DNA from: Eledone cirrhosa
Taxonomy: Eukaryota
Length of the DNA: 64,000 bases
Assembly (NCBI GenBank): GCA_964016885.1
Contig: OZ024747.1
Coordinates: forward strand, 42,098,001 to 42,162,000
Direction of reading: 5' to 3'
Part shown: piece after piece, positions 48,771 through 61,782 of the stretch
How positions within the stretch are numbered: position 1 is the stretch's first letter
How the letters are laid out: each line of letters begins with the position of its first letter
The notes under the pieces: model-generated
What the model was told of the DNA's origin: nothing
Database searches by the model: none
Seen by the model: the letters and a program-made list of their open reading frames with translations, nothing else
Made by a program: the position numbers and the translations under genes

Positions 48771-48790
48771 CACACACACATATATATATA

Positions 48791-48893
48791 TAGGGTGTCT
48801 CCCCAAAATGTATACACACTTTGATTACCGGTACAGGCAATATTTATTAGAATGCTGTTGAAGTGTGTATACGTTATTTTGGGATACCCTGTA
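48791..48893. mobile_element. Tc1/mariner-type MITE (hairpin)
   Basis: tagggtgtctccccaaaatgtatacacactt ... aagtgtgtatacgttattttgggataccctg, TA flanks. Confidence 0.6.
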
Positions 48894-49024
48894 TAAAAGA
48901 ATCAGGATGGATTCAGTTTGAAACTGGTTAGACATTACTGAACAGAGTACTCGATACTTGGGATAGTAGAGTCTGGAACTAGCTGTTGAAACGGCAAGAG
49001 CTCAGCCGTCGGGTCTCGATTCTG

Positions 49025-49072
<48 letters not shown>

Positions 49073-50211
49073 ATGTATGTATATGAATAATAAGGAGTAG
49101 TGGATGGGTATGTTGGCAAATGATGCAAGAAGGAAAAATGTAGTGGAACGTTCTACATTAATGTACTGCACCTCTATACATAACCATCCCTAGCATGGCC
49201 GAATGGTTCATGAAGCTCGTTCCACAATCATTAGGTCCTGGTTTTGGCATCTTGGAAGAATCCACTGATTAATAATGGATCACTCTTTTCCCGAGAACAA
49301 TCAGCGATATCAACCAGACATCACGAAATTACATTCACTTTTAAAAAAATATTTTTTACCGTAAAATAAGTTTTAACCTGTTTTTTTGTTTTTTTTAAAT
49401 CTTGGTATAATACATTGTCCGGTGTGCTCTTGGTGTATTAGACAGCGGAGCCCGATTCGATGTATTTGGGGCTGAAATAGCTAAATACATCGAGTGTTAA
49501 CTATGAATTATACATAAATAGTACTGAGATTACGTAAAGCAATGTGTAAACTTCTAGCAAACACATTTCCCGATCACTGCTTCGATTCCCAGCTTCCAGC
49601 CATTTGATGTCTTACGTTGGAAATTATAGAACGTGAGTTAATCAAAGTTATTTTGCGTTCTGAGTTCAAATCCCTCTACGGCAATACTTGGGTGGTGTTA
49701 TACTTAATTTGTCTCTAAATTTAACACCACCTCATGGTTCTTAGATGTCTTTAGCGGACTTCACACAGTTGCAACCATTCAGGCCAGGTTTCCGGTTTTA
49801 TGTTACCTCCCTCCTATCAGTTTCGGTGGCACCGGAAAAGATCATAGGCACTGCCTACCCATTTCCCCAACAAAACAGTAAAAAAAAAGTCATTTGCGCA
49901 GTCGCTTGAACTGCTTGAAATAGCAGCTAAATCATCTCATATCACACCGTACTACCTTGATGGACAAATTAAATGATGTAGTCTCAGGCACACCATAACT
50001 GAAAAAGAAAAGAAAAGATTAGAATGTTTTTGAACACAGGCTGGCTCGATCAGAAACAACTTTCCCCCCTCCCTCAAACCGCATGAAATCGGCCCAGCTT
50101 CTATCATATTAAACTGTTGTCTTAAAGTGTTTATATTTACTAAAAACCTTCCAACATAATTTTATGTAAGAACCTCTGTTTAGTTAGGTTCCATACATCA
50201 CCTTAACAATG

Positions 50212-50410
50212 ATTTCTAAGTTAGACACAAGGCCAAGAATTTGTTGGGGAGGGGAAAGTCGACCTCAGTACGTTACAGGTACTTTATTTTATCGACCTCG
50301 TAAAGATGAAAGGTACAGCTAACAAGGCGGGATTTGAATTCAGAACGTAAAGGGCCATAATTATATGCTGCAAAGCATGTTGTCCGACGCTCTACTGATA
50401 CTGCCAATCC
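50212..50410 (-). mobile_element. SINE (Nin-DC/Deu-like)
   Basis: Same family as 40890-41065. Confidence 0.75.
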
Positions 50411-51472
50411 AACACCCTTAAACCCCAACTTAATAATGAGAAAATTATGGACGGTGGGATTGACAGGATTTGTAGGGTGTTGGATTAAATGCTATTGCAG
50501 CATTTATTTTGGCTATTTACATTCTGAGTTCAATTCCTGCCCCTTCCCCCAAATTTCGTGACCTTCTGCCTAAATTAGATATCAATAATGAGCAAATTCG
50601 TTATATTACTAAATCCTTCCAAATTCCTGATATTTTTTTCCAAAATTATTTGAAAATAATTGGCAATACCTTTCATTAAAAACGTGATAACGAAACGGTT
50701 AAAAAACCCCAAATAAATAGATAAAAAACAAACGTCATATGTTATATGTTCGAGGGTTTGTTTCACTTCCTGAAATAAAAGTAACAAACTGAAACGTACC
50801 TAGTTTTTCGTCGTAAATCTTCGCCTTTGAAATTTTTAAAGGAGCAGCCACGTGGTGGGGTGGGTGTCGCTGGGCACTGTCCGCGGGGCGCAGCCTCTTT
50901 AGTGCCGCGCCCTAGGCCCAGAGTCCAATTCATTTTCATTTTATTAACCATTTTTCTTTCACCTTAGTTTACTTTCGTGTTGTTGCCCGTCCTTTTATAT
51001 ACCTAAAGCGAAATATATCCATTGCTCGTCTAACCCATGTCAGCGTGGAAAAATGGAGATGATGATGATGTTCGATTTATTCTTCATATATATTATGTTT
51101 TTATAATACAAATTAAATATATATTTCTTTGGATAGGGTGTAGACGATTTTTTGTTTCCTCCAATATATATGAATATTAATGAAATAATTATCTGTTAAT
51201 TAGAAGATTTTTATATTATAAAGAGGAAGAGGCTATGTAGCCGTCCCCGGTAAAATAAACCCCCAGGCTATTTAGCTGGTAAGAGTGTCAGACATCATGT
51301 GTTGCGGCCCGAGTTAAGACAATTGTTAAGACAATTTGAAATCTTTTCCACCAATCAATTGTTAAAATCAATTGTTAGTCATCATCTTATTATAATTCTG
51401 TTTGTGTTTCGTCCATACGTAATGTACATTACGTTTTAGTTATAAACACACACATCTACTTATCCCCATGGC

Positions 51473-51633
51473 TTAAGAATTTTAGCAGAGTCAAATATTT
51501 TCGAAATTAAGAATTTTTAGCAGAAAGTCAAATATTTTCGAAATTAAGAATTTTTAGCAGAAAGTCAAATATTTTCGAAATTAAGAATTTTTAGCAGAAA
51601 GTCAAATATTTTCGAAATTAAGAATTTTAGCAG
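51473..51633. repeat. 37-bp minisatellite, ~4.4 copies
   Basis: ttaagaatttttagcagaaagtcaaatattttcgaaa starting at 51507, 51544 and 51581 (partial at 51618). Confidence 0.95.
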
Positions 51634-51682
51634 GTAGTCACTACCTGGGTTCTAAAACACTATTTATTATTTAGTGATAAAA

Positions 51683-51894
51683 GGGCGGTGGATTGGCAGT
51701 ATCGGTAGAGAGTCGGACACCATGCTTTACAGCATAGAGTTATGGGCCTTTATGAGTTCAAATCCCGCCAAGGTTAACTTTGCCTTTCATCCTTATGGGG
51801 TCGATAAAATAAAGTACCAGTACCGCACTGGGATCGATTTTATCGACTTTCCCCTCCCCCCAAAATTGCTGGCCTTGTGCCTAAAGTAGAAACA
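51683..51894 (+). mobile_element. Full-length tRNA-derived SINE with 17-bp TSD attatttagtgataaaa
   Basis: TSD at 51666-51682 and 51895-51911; A/B boxes; Nin-DC/Deu-like body. Confidence 0.9.
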
Positions 51895-52309
51895 ATTATT
51901 TAGTGATAAAATAAGCTTCCAGAACTACAGCTAGAGTTGCGTCTTTTTAGAGTTTACCAGTAAAATAAGCTTAAAAAGCATATTTGTCTAATTTTCCAAG
52001 ACCGGCTGTGTAGCCTATTCCAATATACTAGTAGAACTGTGTCATTAATAATAATAGCAATAGTGTTGAATGCATTTAATTGTAAGAATCCAGGATTAGT
52101 ATGCCATCTATACCAGGATTACTGGATATATGAACAAACATGTTAACTAGGAAATTTATGTTTTGATAAATTAATGGTTTGCATAAGAGAAACCCTATAG
52201 TTTATGTTAATTACTTAAATGTGAAAGTGATTAAAGATAAGAACGATATTTTAATATATTATTTCTAAGATGGTCAGCATTTATGTACATATATGACATA
52301 ACTATTTAT

Positions 52310-52540
52310 AGAGACAGCAAGAGATTTTTCCCTATAAAAAAAAAAAGGCCAGCTGTATGATGCCTGTATATAAAGTGCAATGTTGCATGTGAGTGAGACA
52401 TGGACAGTGAATGTAGAGGGTATGTGAAACCTGGCGAGAAATGAAGCAAGCATGCTCTGATGGATGTTAATGTGTGAGAAAGGTAAAGCTTAGATGAGCT
52501 GAGGGAGGGATCCAATGTAGTGTGCAGGAGCGTTGACTGG
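52310..52540 (+). mobile_element. Decayed RTE fragment
   Basis: ctgtatgatgcctgt...gagtgagacatgg...aatgaagcaagcatgct matches the RTE RT C-terminus. Confidence 0.6.
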
Positions 52541-53607
52541 ATAAGTGTATACCAATTTTGTAAACACCACATCTACATTGTTTATAAAGTCTTCAGGTAA
52601 TTATTTAATCACCCCATAACCAGTGTAGTTGTTTGACAAAAACCAGTGGCATGTACCGTACTTAGAGTAAGATTTGGGTTGGCATCAAGCAAAATATCTG
52701 GATGTAAATAGAAGGCTTGTGCATTGAAAATAGAATGGTGCTTGTAGAAAGGAAAATGGAGTTTTATTAAAATACTACTTTATTTGTATTTTTTCTTACG
52801 TCAAGGAACAATTAAATAAATATTTTCTGTAAATGCAAAGATTTCAGTTGTAAACCAAAGTGAGAATAAATTGATTATTTAACTGTGCATAAATAAGTTA
52901 CCTGCAGAATATAAACACATCTAAAAATATAATACAGTGTGGTTTACATGCATGATTAAAGTGTCAGATCCTTTTAGAGAAGAAGAAAACAGTTAAGCAA
53001 TTAATGAAGTAAAAATAACGTAAAAATGAAAGAGATAAAAAGAAAAAAAAGATTGAACTAGTGAAAGGAAAGAGAAGAAGAAAAGTGATAATCGGATGTT
53101 TAGTTCCTTCGCATCTTTTAATGGAGAGAATATAGCGATAGAGTTTGAAAGAGAATCAAATTTAACTTGTTCAGATGAAATAGAATAGAAAATAAATTAA
53201 ACATCTTATAATTAATTACTGGAGAAATTAGCAATTAGAGAATTGTAGAAGAAATTTGCAGATAAAAGACAGTTCAGTAATTGTTGTTTTATATTTTATT
53301 ATATTAAAAACCAAACAAAAATGTATTATTCTCTTCAATTTATTTCTACCATTGGCAAATTTAGTTCAGATGTAATACACTTAAATTGTTTTAATTGATA
53401 GTAAGGGAGGTAGATGCCAGAATTGGTAAAGCATCATACTAAATACATTCTAGTATTTAGTTAGGTTCTTTTATATTCTACCTTGATGTATCTATGTTCT
53501 GTAGTTGGGGTTTTTAACATTCGCTCATAAGTTTGTAGGTTTGATTCCTAGACCTAGTCGTGTATTGTGTTCTTGAACAAGATACTTCATTTCATGGTGC
53601 TTTTCAT

Positions 53608-53987
53608 ATGACTGGGGCTCCTTATTATTAAAACACTTAAGAAACCTCCTATGGGAATGAACCTTATAGGTGACCAGCTAAACCTACATAGGTGTGAGCT
53701 GTAATAACATGACAAAACGGGGACACCTTATTATTAAAACTCCCAAGAAACCTCCTATGAGATGCAACCTTATAGAAGACCAACTGAACCTACATAGGTA
53801 TGAACTGTAGCAACAACTTGATAGGACTGGGAACCCTATCATCAAAACATCCAAGAAACCTAATATGATGCAACCTTATAAGAGGCCAGTTAAACCTACA
53901 TATGTGTGAGCTATAACTACATGATAGGATTGGGAGCCTGTGTCATTAAAACACCCAAAAAACCTCCTATGAGACCCAAACTTATTA
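53608..53987. repeat. Diverged ~105-110-bp tandem repeat (~3.5 copies)
   Basis: Recurring ttaaaacac..aagaaacctcctatg..aaccttata..aacctacataggt. Confidence 0.8.
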
Positions 53988-54130
53988 GGTTTCTATTCCA
54001 CAACAAGCCTGTTTATTCTTTCAGAACAGTCACATTATTTTCATATCCCCCAAACAAATTGTTGGCCACTGGATTTTCGACAGATGTAAATACTCTCTCT
54101 AAATTTGTGTGTGTAAGCCATCATATATAT

Positions 54131-54518
54131 ATCATCATCATCATCATCATTTTACGTCCGCTTCTCCCTGCTTGCAAGGGTGGGACGGGAACTGATTCTG
54201 GCTTGATTTCTACAGCTGGATGCCCTTTCTAACACCAACCTCATTTACAGTGAGTGCTGGGTGCTGTTTTGCTGTGGCGCCTACACAACCATTTTACAGT
54301 GTGGGCTGGGTGCTTTTTCGCCGTGGCACCTCCACAACCACTTTGTAGGGGAATGATAGGGACCTCAGTTCCTATCATCTCATTTCTACAGCTGAGTAAA
54401 CTGGAGCAATGTGAAATAAAGTGTCTTTCTCAAGGAAACAACACATCACCCGGTCTGAGAATTGAACTCACAACCTTTCGATTGCATAGCCAATGCTCTA
54501 ACCACTAAGCCATGTGCC

Positions 54519-54519
<1 letters not shown>
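54131..54519 (-). mobile_element. tRNA-head CORE SINE with RTE family-A 3' tail
   Basis: Minus strand: aggcacatggcttagtggttaga..gagttcaattc (A/B boxes), tccttgagaaagacact (CORE), terminal ~40 nt matching 3400-3440 with one mismatch, (ATG)n. Confidence 0.82.
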
Positions 54520-54597
<78 letters not shown>

Positions 54598-56951
54598 ATG
54601 TATGTATGTATGTATGTATGCGTGTGTCTAATTACACAACACTTCATGTTCTAGTTGTGACTGAACTAAAATATATTGTGAGTTCTTTAATGGGAACAAG
54701 CCCATCATCGCTGGTGGGGGTGGGTATCACTGGTTCCCTTACTTTTCAATATTGATTACAATATTTGTTTCCATAGTTAGAAGTGTGAACCATCATAGAT
54801 TGTTGCAATATTTGTTTCCATAGTTAGATGGGTTTATTATTATTCCAGCAACTAAAATGTCCTCATTCCGTATATAAAGTTCTTCATAAAGATACTTAAA
54901 ATCTGAATGATCCAATTCGTTGAGGTATAATCAGAAATACAATAGTACAATTGAGAAATATTTCAACAGGCTGCGGTTTTTCGTTGATATCTTCCCATGG
55001 GCTTCAAATAATCACCAACGAAACAATTTCATTGTTAACTCCCTTAAATCAACAAAGACAAAACAGATTTCTCACCACTAGGGGGCATTGATTACAAGGG
55101 TTTACTATATTTTATTTCATAAATACTATTCTTGGCTAAATTGACTATTTTGCCAATTCCTTCTAGGCTTGCTTGGAAATTCAGTAAAAAAAGAAAAAAA
55201 CTTATAATAACCACAATATTAAATTCTATGGAATTCTTTTATGGAAAAATAATCATTCTGTATGTGTGTATGGTCCCATAACTCCCGAAAGAGTCGTAGG
55301 GTGCCACATTGACATAGAGCATTATTTAAAACCTGCCAAAGCCTATTTCCTCTCCAAGTTTGAATACATTGCTTGGGGGAAGGGGGTGGCACTCGATGGT
55401 TCTGCTCTCCTACTTATCAATATTGCACTCCCAGATTTTGAAATGTTTATGGTGATTTGCTTATTCTAAAATTGCACCTTAGAATTATTACAAAATAGTG
55501 TACCCACCGAGAGAGTTCTTAGATTTATCTATCCACATGTGTTTGTGCAGATACAATATGAATAAAACATCATTAGTGCCACATTATAGTTGAAGCTCTT
55601 TCTTTCCCAACATCTACTGCTCTTCAATAATCTGCTCATGATGTACACTGTGGTTATTTGGATTTATGAAGTTGAATAAGTGCTTCACAACTTCAATGTG
55701 TATGTGTGCCTGCAAGCTATATGGAATATTCACATCTGTGGTAATTATTCTTTTAATAGTAGTGCCCCAGCATGGCCTTGGCCATGCTGGGACACTACCA
55801 TTGTTGATGGAAATACTACTTTCACGTGGTATTCTCCAGCTGCTATATCTGCAACAGGTAAACATAAAATTAGTCATGTTAACTTCCTGTGAAGTCTATT
55901 ATCGATAATATTTTAACAGGATTAGAAGGACACATCCTTTGTGTTAAAGACATGACAACTCTCCTAATGTTGGTGATGATCATGATAAACACACCCAATG
56001 TACTGTGTAAAGTGGTTGATGATGATGATTCTTCAGCTTATAATTCTAGCTGAAAACCAACCACATTGATTTTTCTCAATCATCTTCCTGTAATAAATTA
56101 ACTAAAAATAAAATAGGTCAGCCCTACCAAATATTTTATTTCTCACTTGGACACAGATCTGAAATTACTACTCCATCATTCTCAGTCCATTCCAAAATCA
56201 CTTCAATGCCATCCTCAGTCCAATCTAATATAGTCATAAGGACACTGCAGTTACCTCCTCACAATTTCAATTCAGAATAATGTATATTTTTCAAGTGCTA
56301 ACATACTAATCGGGGTGGGGGTCCCTGTTATAAACAAGCATCTTATCCAATGGAAGTAAAGGCTTTTATCACATTTGCTCATCACCATGAAACTGGACTA
56401 AACACCAGTCAGATATTCCAACTCAATATTGATTGAAGTTGATTTATATGGAAGGTTTATGTCATTTAAAATGACCAGCAGACTAAACTCATATATTTTA
56501 CTTGTTGCATATTTTATCAAGGGAGCTTGAATCAATGCTTGACCTGCAAGTAATAGCAGCCAAAATCTCCTAATTACATCCTGCCATCTTAAAAAAGGAA
56601 GGGAAGAATATATTGGATCATGTAGTGCTAGATAAACTATCACTGAGAAAATGATAACATGATCATAGCTGGAATATTATTATTGATCGTGGTACTCACC
56701 TGAAGACTAAACAACAACTTACAGAGAAATAAAAAGCAAAGTTAATACTGAGAATCTATAGTGAATTTAGCTTAGACTACTGAAACTAAAGTTCTATAAG
56801 GTATTTTATTGCAGCAGTATGAGTGCCATGTTTAGAATAGTTACATTGAATTAGTCACAAGGGTGTCAGTATCTGTTCATGACTGCATGAGCTCCTAAAA
56901 CACTTAGTGAAATCATGGCGGTTACATACTACAAGTTATTATTGTAGTTAC

Positions 56952-57133
56952 GGTGGATTGGCAGTATTGGTAGAGAGTCGGACGCCATGCTTTCCAGTAT
57001 AGTTACGGCCCTTTACGGTCTGAGTTCAAATCCCGCCGAGGTTCACTTTGCCTTTCATCCTTACGGGGTCGATAAAATAAAGTACCAGTAATGCACTGGG
57101 TAATTTCTGGCCTTGTGCCAAAAGTAGAAACAA
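56952..57133 (+). mobile_element. SINE with 13-bp TSD ttattgtagttac
   Basis: TSD at 56939-56951 and 57134-57146. Confidence 0.9.
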
Positions 57134-57639
57134 TTATTGTAGTTACTATATTACATGAAAAGTGGGGAGGTGAAATGGAAGGCTTTGTTCTAAAGCTTGC
57201 TAAAACCAATTATGTGTTGGAGCAGAGAGGGAAACATGATAAAACAGAAGACAATATAGCCATAGTCTTGCAGGTTAACCTAATAATAAAAACGATTTCT
57301 GTTACAGGCCAACTAAAACCCAAGACAATCAAACAAACCTGAATAAACAAACAACTAAGTGAATAGAAATTCTAGAAGCTTCAGAAAACTTCCTTGTTTA
57401 AATACTGTGTCACTTGTCAGAATTAGTGAGGTGACTGGATTTCATGAGACACTAAGCATGGAGGGTAGCATACAAGAACACACTCACTCACACTTACATA
57501 CATACATGTATTCATGCATACATACATACCTACCTACCTACCTAAGCATTCACACAAACATTAAAATAACTCTGACTGACCAACAATATACATCCTGTAA
57601 TCATCTCTATTCTGTGTCCTCATTCACATCTCACAGTTA

Positions 57640-57795
57640 TTATCATCATCATCTAACATCAAATTTCCATGCTGGCATGGGTTAGACGAGTTGTCCCGTT
57701 GTGAAACAAGCCAGGTTGGAGGACTGTGTTTTTCTCTCACAGAACTGATTTTGGCTTGGTTTCTACAGCTGGATGTCCTTCCTAATTCCAAACAC
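57640..57795 (-). mobile_element. Old RTE-type 3' tail fragment
   Basis: catcatcatc..ttccatgctggcatgggtt..tttctacagctggatgtccttcctaa. Confidence 0.7.
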
Positions 57796-60302
57796 ATTCA
57801 CAGGAACGACACACTACATAGTATAGTCCTAGATACACTGTGTTTGATAAATAGACAATAATCACAGCTGGAACAGCTTTCATCAAAGGTTTAATTGGTT
57901 CAAAGCTGACATTGTGCCAAATAACTCTAACAACAGCAACTATTATGCTCTTAACAAATGCAATATCGTAGGACTCCAAATAGAGAAAAGATTATTTGTT
58001 TCAATGATGTCTATCATGTTTTAAATGTCACTGTTTAGATCTCATTTTGATATTTGTAAGAAATTAAATATTCTTTAACCTTTGACCTTTTTGTTAGACT
58101 TAAATATATCAAAATAAAAAATCAGGTTAACCCTTTTGTTACTGTACTTCTAATTAAATACACTGACTATGTGTATCAATTTTGAAAATTTGAAGAATTT
58201 AATGAAATAACTAACCTTTTTTTTAGTAAGTTGATGTTTTAGACAGTACTTAAGAAAGATTTCTTAAATAAGTATTCTTAGATGTAAGAATCCCAAATGT
58301 AGAAACTGTAGCTACAGTCAGTTTCTATAAACAAAACTTATAGAATCAGGTAAAATACCCCTATGGACAGAAAAAAGGTGGCAGGTAGCCACTATGAAGA
58401 ATCAGTCTATAGGTGTACTTTACTCAGTTTTCTAAGCTTTTGTTTATAGCAATCAACTGTAAATATAAATAGTGAGAAAGAAAAAGTGAGAGGACAGATG
58501 AATGTGTATACATTGTCAATGTGGTTTTATGTGGTACAGGATGTTAAGAATTAAAATATAAGTTTGCATACACTTTGCTACCGATGTTAGTGTGGAAAAT
58601 GGACGTTAAACAATGATGGTGATTTGCTCCATGCATGTCAACCTTTTATGCATACTTGTATGATATATATATATATATGTATATATATATCATACAAAGT
58701 AATAAAGTATATATAGAAGGTTGACATACATATCTGGAGAAGCAAAGTCTAAGCAAACTTATATTTCAGTATATTTATCAATTTGACAAAAGTACAAACG
58801 ATGGCATAGTCAATTAAATAAATTAATTTACATTTTGTGTGTACGAGGTATGTTCTACTGAGAGTCAGACATGAATTCTCATCTTTGTTGGCTCTGGCAG
58901 CAATTGAAACCAAATATTGAAATAAGTAACTTTTGTTCACATATATAATGTAAGAAATCTAACAACATTTTTTCATGTAAATATTCATTGTGTTTAACCC
59001 TTTAGCATTTAGACCAGCTGTATCCAGTTAGAATTCCTTCACTTCTTTCTGTTCAAACCAACTGTAACCAGCCACTCATACTGACTGGCTGAGGCCATGC
59101 TGGGGCACTACCATTGTTGATGGAAATACTACTTTCAAGTGGTATACTCCAGCTGCTATATCTGCAACATATGTTAATTACGGTAAACATAAAATTAGTT
59201 AAGTTAACTTTTTGTGGAGAGAGTCACACATGAAATATAATAATTCATTACTTTCAAATTCTTCAGTCTAAATACTAACTTCAGTTAAAACTCGTCTTTG
59301 TTGGCTCTGGCAGCAATTGAAACTAAATATTGGAATAAGTAATATTTTTTGTTCACATATACAATGTAAGAAATTTAACAAATTTGTTTTCGTATAAATA
59401 TACATTGTTTAAATTTCTATGTGTAAATTTCATTTTAAATTTATATTTAATTGAATTATAGCTATAAATTAATATATTTTTCTTGTCTTAAATTCAAATA
59501 TAAAAAAATTGTTATCTGTATCAGACAGATTTGTGGCCTGTCAAGGTGGAAAAAATATAACAGTATTAGACTTTTTCTAAGCAAGAAAAACAAGAGCATA
59601 TATTCTTCATTTAAAAATAAAAAAATAATTTATTTTCTTTCATCCAGAGAGTTTCCATTTTTTTCTATAATGGCTATATAGGATGTAAATATTACTCTGT
59701 GGCAACACTCTTTTATACATGTGGTGAGGGCCAGATTTGCCAATAGACATAGTAGGTCATTGTCCTGGGCCTATGAGATTTTTGGGACTGACTGAAACTA
59801 ATTTATCATGCAAAGTGCCAGTGTATAACTTTGTTTCAAGTGTATGCTGGGTATTTCATTATATAATATATTCAAAACCATATAGGCCCCTGTGTAATAA
59901 GTATAGGCCCATAGTGGTCTTCAGCTGGTGGGCTATGGGGGTCCACTGATGAGTTTGGCTAGGCCCCAAGACAGATTCATTGATAACAGAATTTATTTTT
60001 TGAATGATAAAGAAAACTCCAGGAGTGAGGGGAAAGAGCAAGGCCCCCCCCCCCCCCCCCCCCAAAAAAAAATAGTTAATTGCAACATGTTTGGAGGTCA
60101 GATTAGTTGATAGCATACAAAAAAACAAAAACAAGGAAAAATAATTATTTCTCACTGAAATCGAGGTGGGTATTATTTACCTATCTATCTTCGAAATCAT
60201 TTGCATTGAATGTGTTTGTATAAAGAAGATATAAAGTTTCAGAATAAGAACACACCTACCCTCATAATTTGGATTTAATATGTTGTCTATCTTCTCTCAA
60301 CC

Positions 60303-60517
60303 TTAACCCTTTAGCATTTACATTACTCCATAAATACTATTGTATTTTCGTAGTATAAGCTTTACCTCACATAATTATCTCATATAATATCAAATCTATG
60401 AGATTTTGATACTATTTATTTTGAGAAGAATACCTTAAAGTTGGTATGAGGGGCCAGTTATGGCCGGTTTGAATAGAAATAGGTGAAAGAAATCTGGCCG
60501 GATATGCTAAGGGTTAA
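60303..60517. mobile_element. piggyBac-like MITE (TTAA TSD, CCCTTTAGCAT TIR)
   Basis: ttaa-ccctttagcat ... atgctaaggg-ttaa. Confidence 0.75.
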
Positions 60518-61164
60518 ATAACAAAAAATTCTTTGCATACCCATGTTGTTAGCAAGGTTTGATACTTGATAAGTCCTACTGACCTATATAAACTGTACTG
60601 AACCATATCGTGACATTAGCTTTAGTGAGGTTGTCATGTCTTTCACACAAATGAAATGTCCGCTTACATTTTTCGGCATATATTCTAGAAACCCTTCCTA
60701 ATGCTAACTTATATTACAGAACAATAGGAAGTCCTCTCTACCTTGTGGGGGAGGGGATAGAATGAGGCGAGGCATGGGGGTGGATGACAAGTATGGCATT
60801 GGTATATGACAAATGTAGTTGAATTTGACAGGGTGAATAGGGGGTGGGGGAAGGTGGGCCCAAATAGAATGTGGAGTTCTATGATGAAGGGAACAGCTTC
60901 TAATGAGTTAGGACTTATATTAGGAATTAAACAGGGGGTGGGGGTAATCCTGGATAGAGAGGGAGCGAGGGTTGGGGGATAGAGTGGGGATACTGTGTTG
61001 ATATGAACAACTACTAAGGAGTTATGACTGGTGTTAGGATTTAAACAGTGGTGGGTGAGGGAACAGTGATGGCGCAAATAGTTATTAAGGTGCAATGGTG
61101 GAGCGAGCATGAATTGGCAAGTTCACATTTTTATGTTGGAGGATGAGATTTTTTCTTGAAGCAC

Positions 61165-61600
61165 ATGTCACCAATCTTCATAGTCGTTTATTGTCAGTGT
61201 CATAAGATTCATCTTCCTGAGCTTGGTTTTCACTACTTCATTCCATATTTTCCTAGATGTATCTTCTCCATGAGTCCCATCCACTGAGATTTCTCTGCAC
61301 CTCTTTATACAGCTGTCATTTTCAATGTACATTACATGTTCATAGCGTGGAAGATGGACGTTAAACAATGATGATGATGAACACAGTCTTCTTTTCTTGC
61401 ACATGGCATTGGATTCTTCAAATATAAATTTCTCCTCTCAGCTCGTTTAACCTATCTCATCCATGCACACTAACATTACATCCCACTGGAAAATATACTC
61501 ACTTCATTTCTCTCTAGCCTTTGCAAGTCTTCTGCAGTCAAAGCCCACATCTCACTGCCATGTAGCATTGCAGTTCATATACAAGCATCATACAGTCTAC
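61165..61600 (-). mobile_element. Decayed RTE fragment with a short plus-strand RTE tail inside it (~61345-61380)
   Basis: HVMYIENDSCIKRC; cacatctcactgccatgtagcattgc; ggacgttaaacaatgatgatg. Confidence 0.6.
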
Positions 61601-61623
61601 TTTTTATGCTAATACTGCTATAG

Positions 61624-61782
61624 TGATTGGTCAGTTACTTTATCATGCTGTTTGTGATTGGTTGATTGGTCAATTACTTTATCATGCTGTTTGTGATTGG
61701 TTGATTGTTCAATTACTTTATCATGCTGTTTATGATTGGTTGATTGTTCAATTACTTTATCATGCTGTTTATGATTGGTTGA
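61624..61782. repeat. 39-bp minisatellite, ~4 copies
   Basis: tgattggttgattggtcaattactttatcatgctgtttg. Confidence 0.93.

Noticed and set aside
51473-51633. 37-bp (and 39-bp at 61624) repeats as a CRISPR array
   Set aside because: Head-to-tail units with no unique spacers, no cas genes, eukaryotic context.
51683-51770. tRNA genes at A-box/B-box motifs
   Set aside because: No full cloverleaf; they continue into a shared SINE body and are flanked by TSDs.
58620-58746. Imperfect hairpin around a TA tract as a structured RNA
   Set aside because: No ribozyme core or miRNA-like features; most likely a decayed MITE or fold-back.
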